Source of the DNA: Eledone cirrhosa
Lineage: Eukaryota
DNA: 64,000 bases
Assembly (NCBI GenBank): GCA_964016885.1
Contig: OZ024756.1
Coordinates: forward strand, 6,138,001-6,202,000
Direction of reading: 5' to 3'
Shown: positions 13,026 to 28,154 of the stretch, in pieces
Layout of the letters: each line of letters opens with the position of its first letter
Numbering within the stretch: position 1 is the first letter of the stretch
The notes under the pieces: model-generated
The model's input: only the letters and a program-made list of their open reading frames with translations
What the model was told of the DNA's origin: nothing
Database searches by the model: none
Program-made: the position numbers and the translations under genes

Positions 13026-13941
13026 TAGGTTGCAGGTGGAAACTTCTAGATGTCCTGTTTGTCTATGTAAGCTGCGCCTTACCTTCCATGTAATCACATA
13101 TTCTATGTGATTGTGTAAGAGTATATAGGTATATATGTATATATTTATATATGTGTATATGTATATATGTATATATGTGTGTATATGTATATGTATGTGT
13201 ATATGTGTTTATGTGTATATGTATATATATATATGTATGCATGTATATATATGTATATATGTATTTATGTCTATATGTATATATGTGTATATGTGTATAT
13301 GTGTATATATGTGTATATGTGTATATATGTGTATATGTGTATATATGTGTATGTGTATATATGTATATATGTGTATATGTGTATATGTATATATATACAT
13401 ATGTGTATATGTATACATATGTATATATGTATATATGTATATATATGTATATATGTATATATGTATATATGTGTATATATGTGTAAATGTATATATATCT
13501 ATGTTTATATGTGTATATATGTGTATATGTATATATGTATATATGTATATATGTATATATATGTGTATATGTATATATGTATATATGTATATATGTATAT
13601 ATATGTATATATGTATATATGTGTATATGCATTTATGTATATATGTGTATATGTGTATACGTATATATGTGTATATGTTTTTACACGTGTATATGAATAT
13701 ATGTATATATGGGTATATGTGTATATGTGTATATGTGTATATGTGTATATTTATATGTGTATATATGTATATACGTGTATATGTGTATATGTATATACCT
13801 GTATATATGTATATGTGTATATGTGTATATATGTACATATGTGTATACGTATATATGTATATATGTGTATATGTTTATATGTATATATGTATATATTTGT
13901 ATATGTTTATATGTATATATGTGTCTGTGTATGTATGTATA

Positions 13942-14021
<80 letters not shown>

Positions 14022-14355
14022 TATATATATGTATGTATGTATGCATATTTGTGATTTTACTGAATCCGGGAATATAAAGGCTGAAATAATTTGTGTATCT
14101 ATTTACATTGAAGTCGTTTCGCTTGCATACACTCACACACACACACACATACACATACGCACATACATACACACACACACACACACACATACACACACAC
14201 GTATATATATAAGTATACATATACATAATTGCTTAAATATATATACACTCACACACACGCATATATATATATATATATATACATGTGTGTGTGCCTACAT
14301 AAATAAAACAAAACTTGTATACACAGTTATTCCTGCCTTTATATATACATACATA

Positions 14356-14415
<60 letters not shown>

Positions 14416-14540
14416 TATGACCTATGTTTGAATGCATGTATATATGCAATTATGTATGTATGTATGTATGTATATATGTAAGTATGTATGTATGTATGTA
14501 TGTGTGTATGTATGCAAGTATGTATATATGTATATATACG

Positions 14541-14600
<60 letters not shown>

Positions 14601-17339
14601 CATGTATATATGTATATATATGTATGTATATATATATGCATGTATGTATGTATAGGGTGATCTGACATGGATTTGGACGTGATGGCGAAACGAAATTGAG
14701 AAATTCAACGTGTGCATCTATAAATTTATATGCTAGTAATTAGCCATGTCTGGGAGTTTATACCAGTTAAGTGAAATGTTTGCGTTCCTGTGTTTATCTC
14801 TGCACATTCATCTGCCTCGTTGAGTGCCTCTGTCTGCGTGTGTGTGACTGTGTGTGTGTGTGTGTGTGTGTATGCGTTTGTGTGTATGTATGCGTGTCTG
14901 TGTGTGTTTGTAGTTGGCCCACACCACAAACCCTATTTATTCTGCTCCAGTCGTTTGTCTGTTTGTCTATCGTCCGTTATCACTCAACATATCTATCATC
15001 TTGTGCAATTTTGTTGGCTTTTTCCTATTATTCTTTCCGTCTGTGCTACATGTATCGTTTATCTTTCTATCTTTTCGTCACCTGTCTCTCATTCGACCTC
15101 AAGTAATACAGATTACGCCGTCTATTTATTTCTATATATGCATAAGCTTTTATTTCTATATCAACCTGTATCTCTAGTAGCCCTTTAATCACCAGCATAT
15201 GTCTTCTCGATTTCTCTACCGTTCTGTTGGTTGAAATATCTAGTTATATATGTATACGTTTGTTACCTTTAACAAGGTAAGCTTGTTAGAATTGAAACTG
15301 GCGCCCGAACTTGTAAATGGGAAGACACATGTTTAACCCATTTTCATTTACATTACTCTATATACACCATTGTATTTTCACAGTAAAGGATTTATCTTAC
15401 ATAATTATCTCACATAGCATCGAATCTATGAGATTTTGATGTTATTCATGTTGAGAACAATACCTTAATGTAGGTATGAACGGCCAGTTACAGCCGGTTT
15501 GAACAGAAACAAATGAGAGAGTTCTGGCCGGATACGGCCGCTTTAAATGCTGAAGGGTTAAAGATATATTATACAAGATATATTAACTTGCCCGCCGTGA
15601 GTCAGAGACTGGGTCTCTACGTGGTCACTTGATTGGCGAAAAATAGCAGCCGAATATCCCTCAAACCAATCTTAAATAAAATATAATGGGGTGGTCTTTG
15701 CTAGAAAGCTTTCCTTATAGACCTGCTTGATGAGGCTAACTTGGAGTTAAATGACTATAACAATTAATCTAGTTATCCAAATATTATGTATATATATGTG
15801 TATATCTCTAGATATTATGTGTATATCTCTAGATATAAATATATTATATATACTAGCAGAAAAACTACCCTTTGGGTGGTTTTCTGCTAGCATGTGTAAT
15901 GCGTATATTGATATTATACGCAAGTATTTATACATTTAGATATGATATATCAAATAACATCGTAATTGACAATATACACAGAAATTGAAAGAAGACTGTG
16001 TTACACTGTCTTATGTAATCAGTTACATAATCCATGATACATTAAAAAAAAGACGATATTATATACAATATTGTATTATCTGCTTTAGGAGAAAATTAGT
16101 GACAGAAATATATGAATATTTATTTAAGCGACCGCTAACATTTTAAAGAAGTGAATCTTTTAATAAGTAATAAAATATATTTAATGAACATCCACGAAAT
16201 TTAGTAGATAAATTATGTAATATTGATTCATTATTTATTCAAAGTAATCCAACTTATTTTACAAACAGGATAAAACATTATAAACCGTATGCCGTCCCGC
16301 GCTCCTTACTTTATCATAATTTAGATTTGTATCTATATTATATATGTTTATATCTACAGATGTCCACTCAAACATCTCGGTTTGGATTACTACTAAAAAC
16401 CATCTAGCTTCCAGTCTAATTCTACATAGGAATATTTCCCTTTGTCTCCGTGTTTCTACTCTACTGGTAAGAGACGTTGAGTTAGAAGTAGGCTTCAGGG
16501 TAGCCGAAAACAAGACATAATTTTAATTCTTGTTTGAAGCCATTTCACTTCAGTAACCTTACAAATACACTTGAAGAAGATAGGAAACCTCTTAAATACA
16601 TTTTCCTCTCTCCTCTCTATATACACTTCCTCTGTGGTGAGAGGAAAGGAATCCGTTTTCTTCATATGCTTCAATGCAGCCTGAACCACTACTTAAATCA
16701 TGGGGTCTCCGTCGTTTTCGACTGTGAATATTCAGTTGATATGTCTGAATTCGTTAAACTAATGGAATATCCTATTTACATGTGTAACTTTAACGCAGCA
16801 GAATCAACGTGACACAAAATGTGACAAAGCTAGACCATTGAAAGACTTCGACACAATTTCAATCAACCCAATTTTATTCACATGGCAAGCTTGGGTCGAC
16901 TCGATGCCCTGTTAAATATATTTGCCTGCGATGTCATGCAATGAAATCTAACACGGAACCTGTTAATTCTGGAGCAACATTCTCAACAACACAAACATCT
17001 ACCTGAATCCATTACAACTTAAATATACTAAACACAAATTTAAATAATTTTGCAAACCGAATAATGCAATAGAAAGAAAATTAAATCGCTAAGATAACAA
17101 AAAATCTTACCATAGCAAATTTAATGATCCCAAATATTTTTGGGTTTAAAAACACATTATCAAGGGAGTAACTCTATGAGAGGCTTAAAAATCGATTGGA
17201 GTTGCCTTGTTTATCTTAACGATTTGATTTTCTTTCTAATGCATTGTTTGGTTTTCAAAAATATTTAAATTTGTGTTTCCTATTCAACAATGCTTCAAGT
17301 AAACTACACAATTCTGATAATATACTAAATAGAATGATT

Positions 17340-17535
17340 TCTACATTAGACACAAGGCCAGGAATTTTGGAGTGGAGGGGAAATTCGATTGAATGACCCC
17401 AGTGCATTACTGGTACTTTATTTTATCGACCCCGTAAGGAAGACAGGTAAAGCTAACCTCGGCAGGATATCAACTCAGATCGTAAAGCGCAGTAACCCTG
17501 TACCATGCAGCCTGTTATCCGACGCTCTACCGACC
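17340..17535 (-). mobile_element. SINE family 1, older copy
   Basis: Diverged consensus. Further fragments at 18005-18100 (-) and 19090-19285 (+). Confidence 0.8.
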
Positions 17536-18289
17536 AAATATAATAAACACATTGTGTTTGTTCCAATACAGTTGTGTCAGTTTCTTTCTTTACCTTGGTT
17601 TCATTCGATTTTTTTTTCCAAATCGACTATATCTACACGTTAATAGATGTCTTCAACATGGAGGTCATGTCAGGAGAGGCAACTGAACTGCTACAAAACT
17701 TTTATTAAGAGAGCCCACTAATGTGTAAGGCGAACGTAGAAGACCTCTCGTAATTAAAGTGAGTCATTGGAGAGGATACAGAATTATTAGGGGAAGACCT
17801 GAGGCATGTTAGTTCTTTACTGAGGAGAAACATTTTTTAGGGGTGCTTGCTATAAAAATATATAGTTTTCTCTCGGACCACCAGTGGCCTGAGAACCACC
17901 GGAACGTAGTTAGAGATCTAGATCTGTGGTCGCCAACCTTTCAGACCTCCCGGACCACTAAATTCATAAATTTAAATCCAGCGGACTACTAATATGAATT
18001 TTAAGTACAATGCCAGCAGTTTTGGGGAAGTGAAAGTCGATTAAATTGACCTCAGTGCATGTCTTGTACTTTATTTTATCGACCCTATAAGGATGAAAGG
18101 CTATAAAATAATGATAAGAGCACTTCCATTTTATTAATAGGAAATGCTCCTACGAAAACATTTTGTAGGGATTTATAAAATATATTTAACTGAATATTAT
18201 TTTTGTTGTTTTATTAATAAAGGATTACAATTGCAAATAATGTCCAGATTTTTCTGCAGATCACCAAACTTTTCTCTCGGACCACCGCT

Positions 18290-18900
18290 GGGATATTACA
18301 TGACTACCTCACAGGGGATATTACATGACCACCACACAGGGGTTATTACATGACCCCCACACAGGGGTTATTACATGACCCCCACACAGTGGTTATTACA
18401 TGACCACCACACAGGGGTTATTACATGACTACCTCACAGGGGTTATTACATGACCCCCACACAGGGGATATTACATGACTACCACACAGGGGTTATTACA
18501 TGACTACCACACAGGGGATATTACATGACTACCACACAGGGGTTATTACATGACTACCTCACAGGGGATATTACATGACTACCTCACAGGGGATATTACA
18601 TGACCACCACTCAGGAAAGAAGACATGACCCCCACACAGGGGATATTACATGACCACCACACGAGGGGATATAACATGACCCCCTCTCAGGGGATATTAC
18701 ATGACTATCACACAGGGGATATTACATGACTACCTCACAGGGAAGAAGACATGACCACCACACAAGGGGATATTACATGACTACCTCACAGGGGATATTA
18801 CATGACCACCACTCAGGGAAGAAGACATGACTCCCACACAGGGAAGTCACAACCAACACACAGGGAAGACATGACCCCCACACAGGGAAGACATAACCAA
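18290..18900. repeat. 22-bp minisatellite (GGGGATATTACATGACTACCAC-like)
   Basis: More than 25 degenerate units. Confidence 0.9.
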
Positions 18901-19747
18901 CACACAAAGAAAAACAAAGATCTGCTGTCTTTTGTCTTTGTAAGTAATTTTATATTTGGGCCATGTAATATCTCCATGGTGACTGAGAACAATTATTTAA
19001 TGACACTAACACTTGTCGTTGTTGTTGTTTTCGTCGTGGTTGCTACTGCAGCAGTTGTTGTTGTCGTCATTATCTAACGCCACATATTTAGTGGATTGAC
19101 AGAATTGGTAGAGCACCGGAGAAAATTCTTTGCAATGTTTTGTTACGACTTTCTTCGTTCTGAGTTGGAATCCTGCTGAGGTCAACTTGTATTTTCATCC
19201 TTCCAGGGTCGATAAAAGGTAGTACTAGATCGATATAATCGACTCCCCCTTTCTATGACAATGTCAATGCTAGGAAGAATTATTCAACGGAACATTAGCC
19301 CTGATTGGGTAGATGTATAATGTAATGTTAACTGTCACCATTTATCCGTTTGTAATGTCTTTCAGGCACATTATATCCAATGTGTCCTTGTGTAAAATAG
19401 CAGCATGTGATTTCAGTAAGAATTGACTGCAATTTTTAGCAAGTCAACTGACCTCAATGATGCTCAATTATTGGCACCAAAAGAAAGTTGTTGTTTTTAC
19501 ATAGAAATAATATTGATTCTGCTTAGTAAATCATTGCAAATGTCTCTGACAATTTATTGGTAAAGTGTTGTGTTTTCTTAGTAATATAGATTCACCAATC
19601 CTTAGGTAAATATTTCTACCGGCGAAAAAACGACAGCTGTTGGGTTTTGATTGATTTCTAAACGTACACTTGGTTTTACAATCACGTTACACCTTTCTCT
19701 TAAAACATATCTGTCTAATTGATCGTAGATATGAAACCTTTGGTAAA

Positions 19748-19933
19748 TAATTGTTTCTACTTTTGGCACAAGGCCAGCAATTATCCATTACATTACTGGT
19801 ACTTTATTTTATCGACCCCGTAAGGATTGAAAGGCAAAGTAAACCTTAGCGGGATTTGAACTCAGACCGTAAAGGAATGTAACTATGCTGGAAAGCATGG
19901 CGTCCGACTCTCTACCGATACTGCCAATCCACC
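19748..19933 (-). mobile_element. SINE family 1 with TSD
   Basis: ACCTTTGGTAAATAAT duplicated. Confidence 0.9.
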
Positions 19934-21570
19934 TTTGGTAAATAATATCGGTTTCTAGCACTGGATAAACAAGGCTTTGCATTTACAAAAAGGGCGTATA
20001 CGTAGTCGTATCGACTGGTATTGTTTTATGGGATCCCAATTTCTATTTCAGATTATAAAGAAAGATAGTTGATAAATGTGAAGGCGTGTGGCCTAAGGTG
20101 AGGACGCTGGGCGTAGTATCATAATGTCGTCAGTTCGATTCCTGGCCAGGCTCCTGCCATGTTTTCTACAGTAAAACACTTTATTTCATGTTGCTCCAAT
20201 ACACTCTGCTGAGAGTGAGTAGCAGCAGTAGCTAGAAAGTTAATACTGCGATAGACTGGCGTCCTATCCAGGGAGAGTCGTTTACGCTCAGTCGCTTAAT
20301 CCCAAGATAGCCGGGGATAAGCACCAGCCTAATGAGTGTTTGGCTTAGAACAGAGTAGTACTTGAATCATGGAAGATGCAGAGGCCAAAGAAGGGAAGGA
20401 ATGGTATTGTATTTGGCTAAAAGGAGTCCCTGAAGATGGGACATAGGAACAATGGGTTAAGACCAATAATAAGTTAATCGAGACATTAAGGGCTCGTATC
20501 GATGTGTGAAACATGCGTGCAATACAATTGACAAGAGGAAGACCCCGAGATTATCCTGATCCCACCGTAAACCGAGGTAGTGCCCACTATTCGGAAAGTT
20601 TAATACATACGAGACACGGTCTCCCGACTAATCCCGCGTCAAATGGAACAAAACCGTCTAACCCATGCTAGCGTGGAAGATGGACGTTAAACGATGATGA
20701 TACCTGTAAACAAACACACACACACACACATGCCCATACACACACGCACACATACCCATGCACAATCACATACACATACCCATACACAGACACACACAAA
20801 CTCATTTGTAAAAGTTGATTAGCACATTAAATTCTATGTCAATATTTCGTTTATACACACACATAGAATGATCTATTGTTATACGAAAATATTTCAATGC
20901 ATGCAAGACACACACACCACACACCCACACATACATGCACACACAAACAAACACACACACACACACACACATATGTTCAAGTTGGTTAATGTTTTTAAAT
21001 TCGGTGTCAATAGTCTTTTTATAAAGATAGATTTATTTATTTCCCAAACATAAATATTTCGTGGACATAGAAGACACAGTTAAGATCGTATCACGTGGAC
21101 AGATCGTATCACGTGGACATGGCTTCTCAACAAGATATTTCACATTAGATATCACATAGAGAGAGAATGACATATTGACGAAACGCACAAACATACACAC
21201 ATATATATACTCACACACACACTTTCGCATACATACACTCAGTTACACTCACACACATACACTCTTACACGCACAGACTTACTCTCTTTTACATAGACAC
21301 ATACACACTCAAACATACTCACACTCTTTTTCACAAACACATACACACACATTCTCTCTCTCTGTCACACACAGACTATTTCTCTCCCTCTCTCTCCCAC
21401 ACACACACTGTCACTCTCTCACATACACATTGTCTCTCACACACACATACTCCTTCTCTCTCACACACAGACACACACACAGATACACGTACAAATACAC
21501 ACACTCTCTCTATCTCTCAAACAAACACACACACACTGTCTCTCACACACACACACTACTCTTCCTCTGA

Positions 21571-21608
<38 letters not shown>

Positions 21609-21737
21609 TACATAGATACACACACACATACAGACACACAAGCACACTCCCTCTCTCTCTCTCTCTCACACACACACAGTCTCTCACAGACACTGTTTTT
21701 CACACACACACACACACACGCACACACACACACACAC

Positions 21738-21862
<125 letters not shown>

Positions 21863-22051
21863 ACATGATAATGTGACTATTAATCTCCAACTTATTGAAA
21901 GCCGGACTAGAATGACTTGGTTTTTATTGCCGATATTTGATGGCAGAACAGAACAAGCCTTGCTTCTCTTTTAATGAAAATGTCAGAAATGGAAATAAAA
22001 AAATATGATTGTTTATGAATATATGCCATATATGTGTGTATCTGTATGAAG

Positions 22052-22106
<55 letters not shown>

Positions 22107-22405
22107 GGCCAGTTCTATCCAGTGGTAAACCAACAAACCTAAATATATATATATATATATAAATGGAAAAAATGAAACTAAATTTCATTTCTCACTCTTA
22201 GTACGGCTGTTACTTAAATATAAGTATGTATACGTACATACATATATGTATACAGACGTACAGTAGTATGTATATATATATATACATACATGCACACACA
22301 TATATATATATGTACGTGTGGATTTGTTTGTAAACAAACATCCCGAATTAAGCCGTACAGTGTTTAGCAACCATCGTTGCCCTTTTGTTCAACACTGACA
22401 ATGGA

Positions 22406-22448
22406 ACGATGTACTAGTTTCAAGCTTATTAGCTATCGTCAGCACCGT
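22406..22448 (-). ncRNA. Minimal type I hammerhead ribozyme
   Basis: ACGGTG CTGACGA TAGC taataa GCTT GAAA CTAG TA CATCGT. Confidence 0.85.
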
Positions 22449-22487
22449 ATATACTTTCAGACGTTCAATCCTCTGGCAGGAAGGTAT

Positions 22488-22530
22488 ACGGTGCTGGCGA
22501 TACCTAATAAGCTTGAAACTAGTACATGGT
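22488..22530 (+). ncRNA. Hammerhead, mutated copy in the right arm
   Basis: ACGGTG CTGGCGA TACC taataa GCTT GAAA CTAG TA CATGGT; substitutions in core and stem II. Confidence 0.65.
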
Positions 22531-23235
22531 TCCATTGTCAGTGTTGAACAAAAGGGCAACGATGGTTGCTAAACATTGTACGGCTTAATTCGGGATGTTT
22601 GTTTACAAACAAATCCATAGGTACATATATATATATGTGTGCATGTATGTATATATATATATACATACTACTGTACGTCTGTATACATATATGTATGTAC
22701 GTATACATACTTATATTTAAGTAACAGCCGTACTAAGAGTGAGAAATGAAATTTCGTTTCATTTTTTCCATTTATATATATATAATAAACAAAAGCAGTC
22801 AGAGGGCCGAAGAACTCAAGTGAGTCAACGGCCATCCAATAAATTTTTTTTTTTTTTTTTGTGGAGAGAGAAACCCCTTAATCTTCATTAAGAAATCTCT
22901 CTAGGTCACTCTAATATAAAATCTGTGACAATGATGTAGAACAGTCCTTTTTCGGTAAATATATTCGATTGGGCCCATGGAAAGTCTTTCCTCTCTTAAA
23001 AAAGCTTCAAGCACCGGTATCGCTTGATATGTGAAAGGTTTTTGCGATGGATGGTATTGCTGGCCATAGGCAAGTCCCTGCAGGACTAGGAAGAAACTCC
23101 GTGATGCTCATGCTCAAGTATCAAACATGAATGGCATTAGGCGAAAAATAGTTGCAGCCATCATGAATATCATGCACGTACGTACGTACAACATACATAC
23201 AACATACATACACACACATATATATATATATATAT

Positions 23236-23296
<61 letters not shown>

Positions 23297-23651
23297 CCAT
23301 ACCCACATAACAGTTTAGAATGAAGTGGCAAGAAGCAAATAAATGAGTAAATATAAAATGAAAATAAAAATAAAAATTAAGAAAATTTTGTTTTTTAAAA
23401 ATGTTCTTGCTAAATAGATGGAAGGGAGACTTGGGATGTCGAATGGGAGACAAAGGGTGAGGGTTAAGGTTTAGGGTTCGTGTTAGAAAAATGAATTAAA
23501 CATTTGAGCAGACGAGAAGCACCTATACAAACAAAAATGATGTTTAACAGCTGTTTAATTGTAAGTATGGCGTGGTTAGGGTGACAGATTTCAAGACGAA
23601 CACACACACATATAGAAATATATATATACACGTATGTTGATATTTATATGT

Positions 23652-23683
<32 letters not shown>

Positions 23684-23707
23684 CGATACACACACACACA
23701 CACACAC

Positions 23708-23775
<68 letters not shown>

Positions 23776-23959
23776 ATGCGGTGGAGGAAGAGGGCGAGAG
23801 ATAGAATACTATATATATAGAGAGAAAAACAAAACCACGAAACTTGCATGTAATTAACCACATGAAGAAACGCTCTTTGCAAAAATGTTTTCTTTCTAAT
23901 TATTATTTTAGAAAGATTTTTTTCAAGGAAACATTTTCTCATTTAATTTTACCGAAATT

Positions 23960-24460
23960 GGCTTCCTTCGAAGTCTTTAGAATAACGTTACTTGATAAAA
24001 TATCTAGTTCGGAGATCAGAGAGTCCCTCCATGTAGAGCAGCTACTTCCGCAAATTGAGAGATCATAGCTCCAATACTATGGGCATGGGGTTAGAATTGT
24101 GTCCCTCCGAAGGGTCTTACGAGTAACGTTACTAGATAGAGTGTGTAGCTCGGGGATGAGAGAGTCCCTCCAGGTAGAGCCGCTACTTCTCCAAATTGAA
24201 AAATCACAGCTCCACTACTATGGACATGTGGTTAGAATGTCTCAGGAAAGAATCGCTGGACAGATTTTTCGGGAAGAACCCAACTGCAGACCCCGAGCAA
24301 GATGGTTGGATAACATCCATGAGTTTGGATAGTCACGCTTAGGGATTTAGCTGGATCAATTAGAGACGGTTGCTTCTAACAGGACCGGCTGGAAGGAGTG
24401 TTTGAGGACTTTCCCCATGACCTTCTCTGGAATAAGACGGTGAAGAAGTATAGATGGATT
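23960..24460 (+). mobile_element. RTE-clade LINE 3' end with an internal duplication of about 140 bp
   Basis: LRRVLRVTLLDRVCSSGMRESLQVEPLLLQIEKSQLHYYGHVVRMSQER..RPRARWLDNI. Confidence 0.85.
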
Positions 24461-24651
24461 ACAAGTCTACTAGAAAAAGCAGTCAGTTTGAGTCTATTTT
24501 TTGTTACTCAAACGTAAGGGAGTATAGAACAACAATATTGAAGATACATAAATATATATATATATACACATATATATATATATATATAGGGGGGGGGGGG
24601 ATATATAGACATACAAACATATGGTAGTATTTCCTTGTACTTTAGTAATAA

Positions 24652-25240
24652 CTAGCAGATTTACCCGGCGTTGTTCGGGGTCTGAAATTATGCTAAGAAT
24701 ATACAGCTAGGAAGTAAAAGAAGAACATTATTTGTCCCCAACCTGTCAAAATAATCAGAAGTCTTCAATAATTAACAAACCATCATCAACATTTCGTCAA
24801 TTCGAGACTGCTGCGAGATTATGCACTTAACGCGAAAATTAACACTTAATATAGTGAAACAAGTTAAAACAACAAGTGTTTTTTTAACTTTGAAAATGCA
24901 ACAAAGAATAAACAAGAAACAAACGATAAAACCATCATGAAAATCTCGTGAATCAAATGAATGTGATGTTTATATTGAAAAGTATGTTATCTTATTTTTT
25001 TATAAGGATTGTCACTAAAGTTTATCTCCCTTACATCAATTTTTCTACCGATAATTTTGATATCGATTTTTTATTGCTCAACGTGAGTCGATTTGAAAAA
25101 TGTTTGTGATGTGACAATCTTAACGACCTGTGCAACGTGCACAGACAGTTTGGTCAAATTTAGTTGGTAATTGTGAAAGCCTTATGCATGCCAAGTTGTA
25201 CACAGACACACACACATCCTCGCTTTTATATATATAAAGA
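24652..25240 (-). mobile_element. Non-autonomous Helitron
   Basis: 5' TC-TTTATATATATAAAAGC; 3' CCCGAACAACGCCGGG hairpin followed by TAAATCTG-CTAG; inserted between A and T. Confidence 0.8.
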
Positions 25241-25247
25241 TAATAAC

Positions 25248-26001
25248 AATGGTTTCTACTTTAGGCACAAGGCCAGCAATTTGAAGGGTAGGGGAAAGTC
25301 AATTAAATCAACCTGAGTGCGTGACTGGTACGTTATTTTATCGACTCTGTAAGGACGAAAGGCAAAGCTAACCTCGGTGGGATTTGAACTTAGTACGTAA
25401 AAAGCCGTAACGCTATGCTACAAAACGTTGATATTTTACTAAAATATACAACACACAATGTATGTATGTATATATATACTACACCTAACATAATGTATGT
25501 ATACTACACTTAACATAATATATGTATACATGCACGGCGTTTCTTGAGCATTTTAAGCCTGGTGGAGCCTATCCCTCTCCAGGCCTGAGTACAGCAGATT
25601 TCTTCCAGAGAAAAATAGAAAGTGAGAGAGAGGAAATGAGAAAGCGATATAGAGGAAGAATCGTCCCCAGTACAAGACTGGTACTTTTTTTATCGAACTC
25701 GAAAGGATGAGAGGCAAAGTTGACCTCGGTTGGATTTGAACTTAGAAATCAGAGTGCTAGAAGGCCTTTCTAACGACTCTGCCAATTCATTACACATAAT
25801 ACATACTTTGAAATAACTGTTTCTACTTTGGGCACAAGGCCAGCAATTCACCAGTTCATTACTGGTACTTTATTTTATCGACCCCGTAAGGATGAAAGTC
25901 AAAGTCAACCTCGGCGGGATTTGAACTCAGATCGTAAAGGGACGTAACTATGCTGGAAAGCATGGCGTCCGACACTCTCCCGATACTGCCAATCCACCGC
26001 C
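25248..26001 (-). mobile_element. Cluster of three SINE family 1 copies
   Basis: 25248-25425, 25530-25790 (long-tail variant), 25815-26001. Confidence 0.85.
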
Positions 26002-27564
26002 TGATATACATTGAAATAACGAAATTTACAGTTCCAACATATTTCAGCTGACCATAACTATATGCCGCAAAGCATGTTGTACGGCACTCTACCGATTATT
26101 GCCAAATAATAATAATAATAATAATAATAAAAATATTGCTGTAATGGAGTGAAAATTGACCAGTTTTATAGCGATAACATTTCTGCCGATGTCACTGAAT
26201 CGGTGCCAACAATATGGCGGAGGCCTGATTAAAAGAGCAATAACTCCGTCAGTAAACATCGTTGACTGATAGAATTATTAACTGTAAAGATATGAAAGAT
26301 GGCCGGAAATTAGAAGGAGAAACAATAAAACAATAGAGTGGGGGAGAGTGGCTGAGGTAGTGGCGGAGAGAGAGGGATATGATGGGGAGGGAGAGAGTGG
26401 TTGTCAGTGAGGAGGGGAGGGAGAGAGTGGTTGACAGTGAGGGGATGGGGGTGGGTGGATGAGAGACATGGTGGGAGAATGGGTGAGAGAGTGAGAAAGA
26501 GTGAGTGATAGGGTGTGGAGAGAGAGTGGATAAGAGAGAGAAGGAGAGAGAGTGGGTGAGAGGAGGAGAGAGAGTGGATAAGAGAGAGAAGGAGAGAGAG
26601 AGTGGATAAGAGAGAGGATAGGACGAGGAGAGAGAGAGTGGTTGAGAGAGGGTGAGAGAGAGGATCAGAGGATGTGTGTGAGAGAGAAGATGAGTGAGAG
26701 GCTGTGAGAGTGAGGGATAGAGAGAAAGAGTATGAGAAAGAATGAGATAGAGTGAGATGTAGACAGAAAGGGAAGAGAGAGTAACAAATTGAGAGATAGA
26801 GAGAGGGGGAATGACAGACTGAAAGATTATGAGAGAGGTGGGGAATGAGCTTTGACAAACGATGTGCTTAAGAATTCATTGATTCTACACAAACGATATT
26901 CTAAACACACACATAGATTGTGTGTGTGTGTGTGTGTGTGTGGAAGTGTGTGTGTGGAGGAGTGTGTGTGTGCATGTGGAGGTGTTTGTGCGTGTGTATG
27001 TTTGTGTGGGTGTGTGCGTGTGTGTGTGTATATGTTTGTCATTATATGGGTGTGTATGTGTATGCGTGTGTATGTGTATGCGTGTGTATGTGTATGTGTG
27101 TGTATGTGTGTGTATGTGCTTGTGTATGTGTGTATATGTGTGTTTACGTGTGTGTATATGCGTTTGTGTATGTATGTATTTGTGTATGTGTGTGTATGTG
27201 TATGTGTTTGTGTGTGAATGTGTTTGTGTGTTTTTGTATTTGTATGTGTGTATGTGTGTATATGCATTTGTGTGTGTTACGTATGTGTGTATGTGTATGT
27301 GTGTATGGGTGTGAATGTATGTGTGTATGTGTGTGTGTATGTGTGCGTGCTTGTGTGTGCATGCGTGTATGTTTGTGTGTGTATGTGTATGAATGTGTTT
27401 GTGAGTTTTGTATGTGTATGTGTGTGTGTATGTGTGTTACGTATGTTTGTATGTGTATGTGTGTATGTGCGTGTATGTATGTGTGTATGTGTACGTGATT
27501 CTGTGTGCATGCGTGTATATATATATATATGTGTGTGTGTGCGGCTTTGATCGTCAATTATATT

Positions 27565-27970
27565 GTGGCAGTATCGGTAGAAGGTCGGACGCCATGCTTG
27601 TGCAGCAAAGAGTTACGGCCCTTTATGGTCTGAGTTCAAATCCCGCCGAGGTTAACTTTGCCTTTCATCCTTACGGGGTCGATAAAATAAAGTACCAGTA
27701 ATACGCTGGGGTATTAGCTGGCCTTGTGCCAATTATATTGTTTTAATTCCCTGTATAAGGGCGGTGGATTGTCAGGATAGGTAGAGCGTCGGACAAATCT
27801 CTCTCTGGCGTAATTACACCTCCCTGTGTAATGGGTTCAAATCTGGTCGAGATCAACTTTGCCTTTCATACTTACGGGGTTGATCATAATCTAGTACCAG
27901 TTAAATACTAGGGTACATATATTTAGACATTTCCGTCCTCGTGAAAAGACAGGTCTATGGCAAAATAAGA
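27565..27970 (+). mobile_element. Two SINE family 1 copies
   Basis: 27565-27732 and a diverged copy at 27759-27970. Confidence 0.8.
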
Positions 27971-27997
27971 AACGCACGATTGTCATCGTCCTAGGTA

Positions 27998-28029
27998 TTG
28001 TAGTAGTAGTAGTAGTAGTAGTACTGGTG

Positions 28030-28061
<32 letters not shown>

Positions 28062-28118
28062 GGTAGTAGTAGTGGTAGTAGTAGTAGTGGTAGTAGTAGA
28101 AGTAGTAGTAGTAGTAGC

Positions 28119-28154
<36 letters not shown>

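Larger units (their letters stand above)
22150..22784. mobile_element. Long fold-back element (about 300-bp arms) with head-to-head hammerheads
   Basis: Arms are near-perfect reverse complements, flanked by (TA)n. Same family as the tandem array at 29235-30468. Confidence 0.9.

Noticed and set aside
11442-14481. Long ORFs of 300-550 aa
   Set aside because: They are translations of minisatellite and (TA/TG)n tracts. The same applies to all YI/CV/HT/poly-V/poly-L ORFs in the track.
16534-16812. VVFDCEYSVDMS resembling a TRMT10 motif
   Set aside because: Short isolated similarity with no splice sites or further SPOUT motifs.
17111-17313. Minus-strand exon-like segment with gtaag donor
   Set aside because: Stops in all three frames; at most a non-coding exon.
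22150-22784. A-to-I editing signature in arm mismatches
   Set aside because: Mismatches are few and mixed, including transversions, and cannot be separated from ordinary decay.
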